The notes beneath the pieces were generated by a model. It was not told the DNA's origin and ran no database searches. It worked only from the letters and a program-made list of their open reading frames with translations. The position numbers were made by a program, and so were the translations under genes. From contig CAYVDB010000002.1 of assembly GCA_964450705.1 (NCBI GenBank), positions 1 through 54,954 on the forward strand: a stretch of 54,954 bases of DNA, read 5' to 3'. How positions within the stretch are numbered: position 1 is the first letter of the stretch; every line of letters begins with the position of its first letter. Below, piece by piece: positions 1 to 9,670 of the stretch. This DNA comes from an uncultured Candidatus Saccharibacteria bacterium. Lineage in GTDB: Bacteria; Patescibacteriota; Minisyncoccia; Phycocordibacterales; Zambryskibacteraceae.

Positions 1-338
1 ATGCCTCTGAACAAAATCCCATTTTGTAGAAAATACCTTACTCTCTCCTTTAAAGAATCGTTATCGACATTACTAAAGAAAGTCAAAGTTGATGTGCCTG
101 CTTCAGCAATAGGATACGCCCCAAGGCTTGAAGGAGAGGCACCCCGCAATTCAGAAACAATTGTTTTTAAAACTCGGCGAGCATCAATCTGAACAGTAAG
201 ACTACTCTGTAAGCTATTGTTAAGAAAGAATATGTCGCCACCAAAACTTGCTAGCGCAAGAGCGATAAAAACAAAAATACCAATAGACACCACAATCTCT
301 GCCAGAGTAAACCCTCTTTTTTTTATAGGACTAATCAT
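1..338 (-). CDS. type IV pilin-like (pseudopilin) protein, C-terminus outside window
   Basis: Not in the ORF track because it runs off the window edge. Hand translation from ATG 336-338 gives MISPIKKRGFTLAEIVVSIGIFVFIALALASF..., a prepilin cleavage/methylation motif (G|FTLAE plus a hydrophobic helix). No stop down to position 1. The ATG overlaps the TGA of the upstream gene (ATGA). Confidence 0.7.
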   Translation of the reverse strand, partial: MISPIKKRGFTLAEIVVSIGIFVFIALALASFGGDIFFLNNSLQSSLTVQIDARRVLKTIVSELRGASPSSLGAYPIAEAGTSTLTFFSNVDNDSLKERVRYFLQNGILFRG

Positions 339-2152
339 TCTGGTATTAGAATAATATCCTGTCTTTGCCAAGAATTTGAAGATACTGGGACTTGAACCTG
401 CTGAGTTGCATAACCAGTAAGCTCTACAGACAAAGTGTAAGTACTTGACCCTAAGCTCGAGAACAAAACCTGTCCCGGAGGGACACATGCTGTAGTAAAA
501 GTTAATGCTACATTTGCAATAGTTGGAGTATATGTAGTACTTGCCGTTCCCAAATACATCTTATATCTAAAATAGCGATCGCCATCATGAGAATCGTGAA
601 TATTGGTATTTGATAAATCATAAAAAGTACCCCCTGTTCCGTCAGGGCCACGATATGCCCAAGTAGTAGTCGAAGTGTTATCAAGCGATGTTGCGACCTG
701 GAAACGCACATTTGGGACACCCGTCTCTGGAGGCTGCGCTGTAGGGGTCCATGATATCTGATGGAAATTTGTAGTAGTTCCAGTATCAAATATAGAAGAG
801 ACTAACTCGCCGGAAGAAGCAAAATTACCAAATGCAGAAGAAAGTTTTACAATACCAGGAGTTTGAGTTGTCTCTACGTTGCCGTCTGATGAAAAATACT
901 GCGTGCTGTTGCTAAAGTTAACTTGACCCGAACCTCCTGACCAATCTGTCTGTTCCATAAATCCTCTTCCCGTATAGAGAATCTCAGAAAATGCTCCATC
1001 ACTTAAGGTCACTTTGGCTCCTGAAAGTGGAAGCTGTGTGGTATTGTCACGAACTGAAACTAGTACATGAGACGGACTATCTGCTGAAAGAATGAATTGT
1101 ATGTTATAAAAAGCATCAGGCAAGATTGCGATTGGAAGAAGTGGGTTCACCCCAGCAAGGACATGCGACACACTCCCAAGAGTTATCCCGTACGTGTCCC
1201 ACTCAAGATCTGTGATCGTATTTATCCCCGAAGAATCGGTAGATAAATTACTATTAACCTTAAACACATCTGGACTTGTACCTAAAAGCTTTGAGCCTTT
1301 AATAGTAAACGGAACAGAGGGAACACTTGCGCAACTTGGAGTCAAAGTCTCAACTCGAGCTGTACTTACTTTATCAATTACAAAAGAAATCTGAGTCACT
1401 TGCTGAACAGCCACAGTTGCGTGTGGCTTCACAGGTGTTGCCCCTATCGTCGAACTTGCATATGTTCTTTCAGTGGTATAACCAGACTTTGTGACTACAA
1501 TCTCGTATGCATTACCTCCCGGTGGTGCGTCTACAATCTGAAGCATGCCTTGCGCATCAGTAACATCATCAATTACAATTGCCGGGCTCAAGGTATTATT
1601 TTCAACATGAACTTGGGCTCCTTGTATTTCTACTCCATTTGCATCAAAAACTCTTATAAAAAGGGCTCCGTTCTGAGAAGCTGTTTCAAGATTCTTTGGG
1701 GCAACCCTACCTGATAACGACAGAGGCGAGAACGCCTGACAGGTATCGCAGGATACAACAACTTCAACAAGCTTAGAATCAGCCGGTGATAAATCGTTTG
1801 GGCTTCCACCAATGGTTCCGTCAAACGGATCATCTATGTTACGAATCGTTCGAGTGACAACAAAAGTATGCGCGCCTCGTATAAAAGTTTGCGTTGGGGA
1901 AAGAACTCCTGATGGGATACCTCCAGAAAGACCGACTTCTCCATAAGGAAGATTGCGAACTAATTCAAATTGTTCATTTAAAAGATCTGTGGCAAGTATC
2001 TTTACGCGAGAAGCAGATACAAGTGTTGTTAAACTTGCGTAACCTTGGTACACCGATATAGCAATAAGCGCAAAAACTGCCGAACCAACAAGAAGTTCAA
2101 CAAGAGAAAAACCCTTTGAAGGAAAAGATCGAGAAGAGGAATACTTCCTCAT
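335..2152 (-). CDS. large (605 aa) protein with prepilin-type N-terminal cleavage/methylation motif
   Basis: ORF 335..2311 trimmed to the ATG at 2150-2152, 7 nt after the pilC stop. Starts MRKYSSSRSFPSKGFSLVELLVGSAVFALIAISVY (G|FSLVE motif). The remaining ~570 aa are beta-rich and Thr/Ser/Gly-rich. Confidence 0.7.
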   Translation of the reverse strand: MRKYSSSRSFPSKGFSLVELLVGSAVFALIAISVYQGYASLTTLVSASRVKILATDLLNEQFELVRNLPYGEVGLSGGIPSGVLSPTQTFIRGAHTFVVTRTIRNIDDPFDGTIGGSPNDLSPADSKLVEVVVSCDTCQAFSPLSLSGRVAPKNLETASQNGALFIRVFDANGVEIQGAQVHVENNTLSPAIVIDDVTDAQGMLQIVDAPPGGNAYEIVVTKSGYTTERTYASSTIGATPVKPHATVAVQQVTQISFVIDKVSTARVETLTPSCASVPSVPFTIKGSKLLGTSPDVFKVNSNLSTDSSGINTITDLEWDTYGITLGSVSHVLAGVNPLLPIAILPDAFYNIQFILSADSPSHVLVSVRDNTTQLPLSGAKVTLSDGAFSEILYTGRGFMEQTDWSGGSGQVNFSNSTQYFSSDGNVETTQTPGIVKLSSAFGNFASSGELVSSIFDTGTTTNFHQISWTPTAQPPETGVPNVRFQVATSLDNTSTTTWAYRGPDGTGGTFYDLSNTNIHDSHDGDRYFRYKMYLGTASTTYTPTIANVALTFTTACVPPGQVLFSSLGSSTYTLSVELTGYATQQVQVPVSSNSWQRQDIILIPE

Positions 2153-2159
2153 TAAAATA

Positions 2160-3377
2160 TTATATCGCATCGACCAAAGAATATGTTGGCGCAAGCATTG
2201 AGATCGCAAAAAAACCGACCGCAATACCCATAAATACCATGAGGAAAGGTTCAATGAGAGAAGACATGTCTTTTGTTTTCTGATCAACCTCGTCTTCATA
2301 AAACGTAGCAACTCCTAAAAGCATATCTGCCATCTTTCCAGTTTCTTCCCCTACACTGATCATCTCTCCGACAAAAACTGGGTAAAGTTTTTGATTCTTA
2401 ACAAAAACCGCAGAAATGGGTTCTCCTTTCTCAATTGCCTTCTGTGCTTCTCGTAAGATGTCCTTATAAAAACTATTTTGAATAACTTCCTCGGTAACGC
2501 CAATCGCAAGCACAATATCTACTCCAGAAGAAAGAAGAGATGACAGTGTACGAGCGGTTCGAGCGGCGTTTATTTCCTTTACAATATTTCCAATAATCGG
2601 TATTCGAACAAAAAAACCATCAAAGAAGCGCTTGCCTATCTTTGATCGAGAAAAAGTGAGTGCGCCTCCAATAAAAAGTATTACGGCACTTATCGCAATA
2701 AGGTACTGATTTCTTAAGAAATCAGAAAGAGCAATAACAAGCTGAGTACTTTTAGGTAATTCAATATTTAAACCTTCAAATGTGGCCGTGAGAGTTGGCA
2801 CCATATAAATAAGCATCAAGACCCCAATGATAATCATGATACAGATGATGACCGCCGGATACATGAGGGCCCCTCTCACCTTTTTTAAGAGGAGATAAGA
2901 CTTTTCCATTTGTAAACCAACAATTTTTAAAGCCCCCGCAAGATTACCGCTCTCTTCCCCGGCTTTCACCATAGAAACAAAAAGTGTAGAGAAAACATCT
3001 TTTTTATCCCGCATTGACTCTGAAAGACTGCGTCCTCTGCTGATGTCTTCATTGAGTTCCTGAAGAACTAGTTTTAGTTTCTTATTTTTGGTCTGTTTCT
3101 CCATAACTGCAAGCGCTCTAGTAACTGAAAGTCCAGCTTCAATCATAGCCGCAAGGTTCCTAGCAAAAATTATCTTTTCATGAGTTTTTACTTTTGAAAA
3201 AAAAGTATTGAACTTACTCAAAGCAACTGAGAGTTTGGAGCGAAGCTCTGTGACTGAAATGATCGTGTCGCCATTATCCTTCACCCTGCGGTACACAACA
3301 AACCGATCGGCCGCCTCAATGGTGGCTTCATATGTTGCCCCTTCCCTATTTAACGCTTTGTATTTAAAAAAAGGCAT
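2160..3377 (-). CDS. pilC: type IV pilus assembly platform protein PilC (GspF family)
   Basis: 405 aa with the duplicated GspF-type architecture and 3 TM segments. Starts 1 nt after the pilB stop. Confidence 0.9.
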   Translation of the reverse strand: MPFFKYKALNREGATYEATIEAADRFVVYRRVKDNGDTIISVTELRSKLSVALSKFNTFFSKVKTHEKIIFARNLAAMIEAGLSVTRALAVMEKQTKNKKLKLVLQELNEDISRGRSLSESMRDKKDVFSTLFVSMVKAGEESGNLAGALKIVGLQMEKSYLLLKKVRGALMYPAVIICIMIIIGVLMLIYMVPTLTATFEGLNIELPKSTQLVIALSDFLRNQYLIAISAVILFIGGALTFSRSKIGKRFFDGFFVRIPIIGNIVKEINAARTARTLSSLLSSGVDIVLAIGVTEEVIQNSFYKDILREAQKAIEKGEPISAVFVKNQKLYPVFVGEMISVGEETGKMADMLLGVATFYEDEVDQKTKDMSSLIEPFLMVFMGIAVGFFAISMLAPTYSLVDAI

Positions 3378-3378
3378 A

Positions 3379-5136
3379 TTATTCTTCAGCAGAAACTACA
3401 CGAAGAACTTCTTCAACAGTTGTAATACCTTGTACTGCTTTAAAAACGCCATCTTCAAGCATAGTAAGCATTCCATCTTTTTTAGCTTGATCTTCAATAT
3501 CTTTCGTCGTTGCTCCTTTCATAATGAGATCCTTGATCGGATTAGTTACCCGCAATACTTCATGGATTCCTATTCGGCTCTTATAGCCATCTTCGCTTTC
3601 TCCGCTTGGTTTTGGTCGAAACATTGGCATTTTTTCCCATGTCGCACTTTTATCAACAATCTTTTCTTCTTTAAGAGCGCGTAAAACTCGATCAAGGTCA
3701 ACGATTTTCTCTAACTGGCTGATTTCTTCTTTGGTAAGAGTGTACTTTTCCTTTGTTTCAGCAAGACGACGGATAAGACGTTGAGCAATAATGACAGAGA
3801 GTGTTGAAGTAAGTAGAAACGGCTCGATCTTCATATCAATTAGACGGGCAACTGTTCCAGCGGCAGAATTAGTGTGAATAGTTGAAAGTACCAAGTGACC
3901 AGTTAAAGCCGCATTGATAGCAAGAGAGGCTGTTTCCGTATCTCGAATCTCCCCCACCATAATGATATCTGGGTCTTGTCGAACAAGGGTCCGTAGGCCA
4001 TTTGCAAAAGTAAATCCGATTTCTGGTTTTACTTGGGTTTGGTTAACCCTCTTCATCTGATACTCAATCGGATCTTCAATAGTTGAAATATTTACGTCTG
4101 GAGTATTTAAAATATCAAGCATTGTATATAGAGTAGTAGTTTTTCCAGAACCAGTTGGACCTGTAGTAAGGATCATTCCGGTAGACAATTTTGTCGCCCG
4201 ATGAAGAGCTTCTAGCCCCTCACCGTGGAACCCAAGACCTTCAAGAGAAAACCCTGCGGCATTTTCTCGAAGAAGTCGCATTACCGTCTTTTCTCCATAG
4301 TAAATCGGCAGTGTTGAAACACGAAACGAGACTTTTTCACTGTTCATATCAATCTTAAACCTTCCATCTTGTGGCATACGCTTTTCATCAAGCTTCAAAT
4401 TAGAAAGTACTTTGATTCGAGCCGTGATCCCCCCCGCAACGTTTTTTGGTAAAACCATTGCGTCATGCAATAATCCATCAATTCGATACCGGACAAGCAC
4501 TTGTGTTTCCATCGGCTCAATATGAATATCGGAAGCATCCTGAATAATTGCGTGTTTAAGAAGCGTATCCACAATACGGACCACCGGAATATCTTCTGCT
4601 AATCTTTTAAGATCATCTTCAGAAACTTCTTCATCTCCCTTTTCTGAAACAGCCTTAAGAGTATTTGCCTCTTTTTGAATAATGTCACCAAATTCAGCTT
4701 TAAGACTTTTTTGATAAGAAAGTAGTGCGCTTTTTATAGATTCCGTATCTGTTAACCTAGGTAAGATTTTGAGCCCAGTTTTTTTACGTATAAAATCAAT
4801 CGCTGCAAGATCTTCCGTATCAAGCATTGCTACTTCAAGAGCATCACTGCTTTTTCGGAATGGAACTATATTGTGATTCCGTGCGATAGGTTCTGGAATA
4901 AGAGAAAGAATACTTGGATCAATATGCTGACCTTTAAGATCAACAAAAGGAATGCCGAGAATATATGCCTGCATGCGACGCAGATCATCTTCGGTAATAC
5001 TTCCCTTATCGACAAGAATTTTTCCGATTGAGGCCCCTGTTTCAACAGACTCTTTTTCTGCTTTTGTAAAATCAGAACGAGTTACAAGACCAGAATCAAT
5101 AATGAATTCTTTTAACTGAGATTCTTCAATGTGCAT
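3379..5136 (-). CDS. pilB: type IV pilus assembly ATPase PilB (GspE family)
   Basis: Walker A TGPTGSGKTTT and GspE-type Asp/His boxes (MVGEIRD, TGHLVLSTIHTN), plus an N-terminal T2SSE_N-like domain. Start set to ATG 5134-5136 (MHIEESQL); the ORF-track start at 5163 is a GTG inside the putative promoter. Confidence 0.9.
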   Translation of the reverse strand: MHIEESQLKEFIIDSGLVTRSDFTKAEKESVETGASIGKILVDKGSITEDDLRRMQAYILGIPFVDLKGQHIDPSILSLIPEPIARNHNIVPFRKSSDALEVAMLDTEDLAAIDFIRKKTGLKILPRLTDTESIKSALLSYQKSLKAEFGDIIQKEANTLKAVSEKGDEEVSEDDLKRLAEDIPVVRIVDTLLKHAIIQDASDIHIEPMETQVLVRYRIDGLLHDAMVLPKNVAGGITARIKVLSNLKLDEKRMPQDGRFKIDMNSEKVSFRVSTLPIYYGEKTVMRLLRENAAGFSLEGLGFHGEGLEALHRATKLSTGMILTTGPTGSGKTTTLYTMLDILNTPDVNISTIEDPIEYQMKRVNQTQVKPEIGFTFANGLRTLVRQDPDIIMVGEIRDTETASLAINAALTGHLVLSTIHTNSAAGTVARLIDMKIEPFLLTSTLSVIIAQRLIRRLAETKEKYTLTKEEISQLEKIVDLDRVLRALKEEKIVDKSATWEKMPMFRPKPSGESEDGYKSRIGIHEVLRVTNPIKDLIMKGATTKDIEDQAKKDGMLTMLEDGVFKAVQGITTVEEVLRVVSAEE

Positions 5137-5153
5137 AACAAAATAATACTTCC

Positions 5154-5162
5154 ATATTAACA
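5154..5162 (-). promoter_or_regulatory. possible extended -10 promoter for pilB operon
   Basis: Minus strand reads TGT TAATAT just downstream of the terminator at 5171-5210 and 17 nt before the pilB ATG. Confidence 0.3.
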
Positions 5163-5170
5163 CACATACA

Positions 5171-5210
5171 AAAACCCCGTCCTGAGCTTCTCGAAGGACG
5201 GGGTTTTTGT
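5171..5210 (-). terminator. intrinsic terminator after the 1230-aa surface protein gene
   Basis: Stem CCCCGTCC (5175-5182) / GGACGGGG (5196-5203) with a 13-nt loop. T-runs follow on both strands. Confidence 0.7.
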
Positions 5211-5219
5211 ATTTTTACA

Positions 5220-8200
5220 TTAGAACTCTTGAAGAATTGGTTTTACATTCACCTGAACGTTTTGTGATGCGCAATTAGCAGTGGCACTTGTTGCAGTATC
5301 GGTCGCTGTAACTGATCCAGTTTTTAAACCGGTTGTTAAATAAGTAATAACATAGGGATTAGCGGTCGGAGCGGGAGTTGGTGGAACGTCAGTTCCTGAC
5401 CAGGAGTATGTGTAAGGTCCAGTACCTCCAGCTGGGGTTGCTGTCCATGTAACTGGCTGACCAACCTGAGCAACTGTTGGAGAAGCCGAGCAAACAACAG
5501 AGAATCCTGCTGGTGGGTTAACTACTAAGTTAAATGGAACCGCGTTTCTTGTAACACTTCCACCTGTTCCTGAAACGTTAATTGGATACGTACCCGGGGT
5601 TGTTGCTATTGGAACATTGAACGTAAGTGTCCCAGAACAAGTTGGCGAACACCCTTGATTTGCATAACTTACCGTAACCCCTCCAGGTTGACCTGTCGCA
5701 GTAAGAGTCACCGCCTGAGTTGTGCCAGATACAAGATTTACGTTTATTATATTCTGAACCGAACCTCCTGCAGTCACTGACACTGAACTATTTACTGGCG
5801 TAAGAGAGAAATCAAATGGAGCTGAAACCGGAGAGTAAGTAACTGTAAAGCTTGCGCTATTTCCACCAAACAAGGTCATTGAAGACCCCCCTCCCTGAGA
5901 GTTTGTTACAGCTACATTGTAATTTGTAATTGATCCTGGAACGATAATATAAGAAGTTCCTCCTGAAGCAGGGGTAACTGCATACGGATAGTTTCCGTTT
6001 CCACCAGAACCATTAATAGAGGCGGCCGGTATTGACCATGTTGTTGACGAAGGAGCACCAACAATATTAACCGTCAAATTGGTATTAGGGGTATATGTAA
6101 CAATGAATCTTTCAGAAGAACCAGGGAAAAGTTGGGCCCAGTTTCTACTAGCGCCCGAAGCAAGGCTTACGCTATATGTATAACCTGAAATATTCGTTGG
6201 GGTTATTGTATATATCGTTCCTCCCGCTGCAGGTGTTACTGTATAAGAATAACTTCCATTACCACCAGAACCACTAATAGAGCCAGGAGTAATTGACCAC
6301 GAAGTACTACCTGGAGCACCAACAATATCTACGCCAAGACTCGCAGTTGATGTTGCTGTGTAGACAATATTAAAGGACTCCGTTGTATTTGGAGTAACAC
6401 TCATTGCAGTTGTCCCACCTTTAGAATTAGTTACTTGGACAGTATGCCCAGAGATTGATGCTGGATTCAAAGTGTAAGTTGTACCAGAGGGAACGGGGTA
6501 TACGGTAAAAGAATTCCCTGTACCACTTCCAAATAATGGCCACGCACCTCCAGTTAACATCCAATTGCTCGACATGTTTGAAGTAACGTTGACAGTAGCA
6601 GTTCCAGCAGAAACCTGGACAACATCACTTGCGTCTGTCGTGTTAAAAGCATTCATACAACGAAGGATAAAAGTGTTAGTTCCTGCTGTATTGAGTGGTC
6701 CAACCGATTGCGAACCATTAAGAGATTTTGTTGATCCGGCAGCCCAGTTTGCTGCTGTAGCCGGAGCGCTCGGTGGCACAAAACATGAAGTTGCGTTAGT
6801 AGAAGTCCAAGTAAGGGTAGTGTTTCCGCCAACATTTACCGTATTAGGAGAAGCTACCAGAGAAACAGAAACAACTCCTCCGGAGCAAGCGTTTGGTGCT
6901 GTCCCATTAACACTTGCGGATGTATTACTGCCTGTTGGAAACGATGCGGTAACAGCATATAAATATGTCTGATTAGCTGTTCTCCCACTATCGGAAAAAG
7001 AAGTGCCTGAACCGTTATAGATGGTGACACCATCTCTGGTAACGACATAATTAGACGCTCCAACAGCTGACCAAGTTAGATTAACAGTTCCTGTTCCGCA
7101 GCTATCAGGCGTAGCGGTAATAGTTGGAGTTGGATTTGAAACGCAAGCATTTGGCCCAACAGCACTCGCCTGAGATGAATTAGCAGATGCGCCGTTTGCA
7201 TTTACCGCCTGCACCACATAGTAGTAAGTAACCCCTGCTGTGCGACCAGAATCAACATACGAAGTTCCGGTAACTCCTGGAGCAATTGTGGAGTACGGCC
7301 CCCCACTCGTAGTTGATCGCAACACATTGTAACTCGTTGCACCACTTGAAGCGTTCCAACTCAAAGTAATAGTTCCGCTTCCACAAGAACCCGGGTTAGC
7401 GGTAAGGCCAGTCGGGGGCGCTGGGGGAAGGCCGGTTACAGTCACGGGAGCTGAACATTGGAAATTTCCTCCTGTGCCAGAAACATCTAAATAGAAGGTT
7501 GTGCTTTGAGTTAGGTTAGTAATCGTCTGATTTCCACTTGCAACTGGACTCTTTGATCCAGACCACTGGGCATTTGCAGGATTTGCAGAAGCAGAAGCAG
7601 AACTAGCGTTAGTAGAAGACCAATTAAGCGTTACAGATTGTCCGCTAGAAATTGAACTAGAACTTGGGGAAAGGCTGCAAGAAGGAGGTTGGACTGAACA
7701 ACTATAAGCCACAGTAAACGTTCGGTTAGCTCCAGGAGTCATAGTCATAGAAGACCCGCCTCCAAGGCTATTAGTAACAGAAAATGTACACCCCGAAAAA
7801 GATTGAGGAGTGATTGTGTAAATATTTCCTCCTGTTGTGGGTCTTACTGTTACAGCTCCATTGCCTGCGCCTGTCTTATTTTCAGGCTGAATCGTCCATG
7901 TAACAGGGGACGTTGTCCCGGTAATGTTCACATTTATTGTTGCATCACATGTTGGCACTGGAGCGCCGAATGGAAATGCATCATAAATAATATTTGTTGC
8001 ATCCGTAATCTCTAGCTGATAGCTCGGGGCAACCCCATAAACAAGAGGGTATGATCCAGATGTTGTGTGGACATAGCTTGTTGCCCCTCCACTACTCAAC
8101 AGATTCCGTGTCGGGGTTGTTCGAAACAGGTCATATCTATTTGGTGGATTTGGGGTTGATGGATAAGGAGTCCAAGAGATATTCATCTCTGGATCTGCTG

Positions 8201-8912
8201 GAGGAGAACCCACACAAGAAACACTTGCGGATGCTGTACCGAGCGGAGGATCGGAGGTTACCGTTACTGAATCAGTTGCGTTTCCACCAGAAGTGCCACT
8301 ACAAGTTATCGTATAAGTATAAGTACCCATCGATGAGAGTACCCCCATATTTTGAGAACCATTTGTAGACTTTGATCCAGACCACGCTCCAGATGCAGAA
8401 CAAGAACTTGTATTTGTAGATGTCCACGACAGATTCACTGCATCAATATTGGTTGCAACAGTAATGGGACCGTTCGAATTGTTTGCTTTTATATCAACAG
8501 TTGGAGAGGCACCTGTCGCTGTAACACTAGCGCTTCCTCCATAAATGGTTCCTCCGGTTCCAGAATCATATCCGTATACATCAAAAGTATACGTACCCGC
8601 GCTTGGAAGTGGGTTCGTTGTGTAACTGGTTGTAAACCCAGTACTATTTACATAAATAGAAGATGAACCACCTATCACATTTGTACCTTGCACTTGAACG
8701 ATCTCATATGTATCGCATATGTCGCTACCAGTAATCTGAAGTGTTATAGATTGGCCCACAGAAGGGTTAGCAGGAGAAGGGCTTACTGATATAGAAAAAC
8801 TTGGGCTACATACCGCCTGAGCCTCATGAGCAAAGCCTATAAAAGAAGCAAGAAATAAAAAGAACCCTACGAGATAAACTCCCTTTCGAGTTAGATAATT
8901 TTTTTTGTTCAT
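5220..8912 (-). CDS. 1230-aa secreted mosaic surface protein (Ig-like / FN3-like / PKD-like repeats)
   Basis: Signal peptide MNKKNYLTRKGVYLVGFFLFLASFIGFAHEAQA. Contains four ~85-aa repeats (e.g. LTVNIVGAPSSTTWSI...FTVTYSP), three modules with LxWxSTNAxSC, two FN3-like modules (SYNVLRSTTSGGPY...YYYVVQAVN) and a C-terminal PYTYSWSGTD PKD-like module. Confidence 0.8.
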   Translation of the reverse strand: MNKKNYLTRKGVYLVGFFLFLASFIGFAHEAQAVCSPSFSISVSPSPANPSVGQSITLQITGSDICDTYEIVQVQGTNVIGGSSSIYVNSTGFTTSYTTNPLPSAGTYTFDVYGYDSGTGGTIYGGSASVTATGASPTVDIKANNSNGPITVATNIDAVNLSWTSTNTSSCSASGAWSGSKSTNGSQNMGVLSSMGTYTYTITCSGTSGGNATDSVTVTSDPPLGTASASVSCVGSPPADPEMNISWTPYPSTPNPPNRYDLFRTTPTRNLLSSGGATSYVHTTSGSYPLVYGVAPSYQLEITDATNIIYDAFPFGAPVPTCDATINVNITGTTSPVTWTIQPENKTGAGNGAVTVRPTTGGNIYTITPQSFSGCTFSVTNSLGGGSSMTMTPGANRTFTVAYSCSVQPPSCSLSPSSSSISSGQSVTLNWSSTNASSASASANPANAQWSGSKSPVASGNQTITNLTQSTTFYLDVSGTGGNFQCSAPVTVTGLPPAPPTGLTANPGSCGSGTITLSWNASSGATSYNVLRSTTSGGPYSTIAPGVTGTSYVDSGRTAGVTYYYVVQAVNANGASANSSQASAVGPNACVSNPTPTITATPDSCGTGTVNLTWSAVGASNYVVTRDGVTIYNGSGTSFSDSGRTANQTYLYAVTASFPTGSNTSASVNGTAPNACSGGVVSVSLVASPNTVNVGGNTTLTWTSTNATSCFVPPSAPATAANWAAGSTKSLNGSQSVGPLNTAGTNTFILRCMNAFNTTDASDVVQVSAGTATVNVTSNMSSNWMLTGGAWPLFGSGTGNSFTVYPVPSGTTYTLNPASISGHTVQVTNSKGGTTAMSVTPNTTESFNIVYTATSTASLGVDIVGAPGSTSWSITPGSISGSGGNGSYSYTVTPAAGGTIYTITPTNISGYTYSVSLASGASRNWAQLFPGSSERFIVTYTPNTNLTVNIVGAPSSTTWSIPAASINGSGGNGNYPYAVTPASGGTSYIIVPGSITNYNVAVTNSQGGGSSMTLFGGNSASFTVTYSPVSAPFDFSLTPVNSSVSVTAGGSVQNIINVNLVSGTTQAVTLTATGQPGGVTVSYANQGCSPTCSGTLTFNVPIATTPGTYPINVSGTGGSVTRNAVPFNLVVNPPAGFSVVCSASPTVAQVGQPVTWTATPAGGTGPYTYSWSGTDVPPTPAPTANPYVITYLTTGLKTGSVTATDTATSATANCASQNVQVNVKPILQEF

Positions 8913-8923
8913 TGGATTTAATT

Positions 8924-9457
8924 CTATTTCCTATCTAGAAAAGAAATCTGAACTGAGGTTTTACTTCCTGATTTTGATATCACAATAGTGAGATCGTCAT
9001 TATCTTTTGTTCCATAAAGAAAACCTTGCGATTCATTCTTTCCATCTTTACCAAAGACGAAGCCATTTTTTGTCATTACATCAAGATATTCTCTGTATTT
9101 TAGAGAAGGAGAAGTGGCTGTAAGGTAACTTACCGAGTATTGCGTAAGATTCCTATCTTCATAATTCATAACATAACTTTCATAGGTATCTTTAGTCTCA
9201 ACTGGGATATATTGAGGCAATCCTTGAGGAATCTTTTGAGACTCATCTGTAACAGTCTTCAAATCAGTCTTTACCACGGTCACTTTTTCTTGACTCTCAC
9301 CGCTCACCTGTTCTGTGGTTGGCTTTGGGTCTTTTTTGCTAACAAGAGCACTGCCAAGAATAATAAGGAGGAGTACGACAAACATCCCAACAAGAAGCGG
9401 GATAGTCTTTTTTGAAGGATTACTTGGTATACCTATATTTTTTTGTTCTGGGGGCAT
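8924..9457 (-). CDS. membrane-anchored hypothetical protein
   Basis: 177 aa with a single N-terminal TM (IPLLVGMFVVLLLIILGSALV). Lies 11 nt upstream of the 1230-aa gene on the same strand. Confidence 0.55.
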   Translation of the reverse strand: MPPEQKNIGIPSNPSKKTIPLLVGMFVVLLLIILGSALVSKKDPKPTTEQVSGESQEKVTVVKTDLKTVTDESQKIPQGLPQYIPVETKDTYESYVMNYEDRNLTQYSVSYLTATSPSLKYREYLDVMTKNGFVFGKDGKNESQGFLYGTKDNDDLTIVISKSGSKTSVQISFLDRK

Positions 9458-9572
9458 AAGTTTCTATATTAAAGATCTATTGATATCAAAGTATTATCAA
9501 AATATTGTAACATATTCTAAATTACTCATGTAATTAGGTTAATAACCTGTTGAAAACAACCTATTTTTCTAC

Positions 9573-9602
9573 TTGACATAAAAATAGAGTGCCAAATAAT
9601 GT
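9573..9602 (+). promoter_or_regulatory. sigma70-like promoter of the metzincin gene
   Basis: TTGACA at 9573-9578 and a TAATGT/AATAAT -10 around 9595-9602. A strong SD (GGAGGA, 9661-9666) sits 4 nt before the ATG at 9671. Confidence 0.4.
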
Positions 9603-9670
9603 AACTAGACCTTGTGTCAAGAGGAATATCTCCTCTGGCTCTTTAACAACTACACCATTAGGAGGATGCC

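Noticed and set aside
2153-2311. The ORF track gives N-terminal extensions for several genes: 335-2311, 3379-5163, 20063-20527, 23402-24352, 40969-42912, 44427-45398 and 53766-54392.
   Set aside because: The extensions overlap upstream genes or tRNAs and precede obvious family N-termini such as the prepilin motif, MNIISWNVNG, MIVLGIDPG and signal peptides. I trimmed them to internal ATGs.
5900-6350. Repetitive DNA might represent a CRISPR array or tandem repeat locus.
   Set aside because: The repeats are ~250-bp, diverged, in-frame coding repeats of the adhesin gene. No short repeat-spacer periodicity occurs anywhere in the window.
508-8368. Many 60-158-aa ORF-track entries lie inside or antisense to the pilus and adhesin genes (e.g. 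508-789, 1194-1394, 1400-1714, 3208-3684, 6565-6972, 6653-6835, 6854-7063, 7803-8015, 8051-8368).
   Set aside because: They are fully nested in long ORFs with clear family motifs or repeat architecture. Their sequences are low-complexity or Cys/Leu-rich, typical of off-frame translation, and they lack signal or start contexts.
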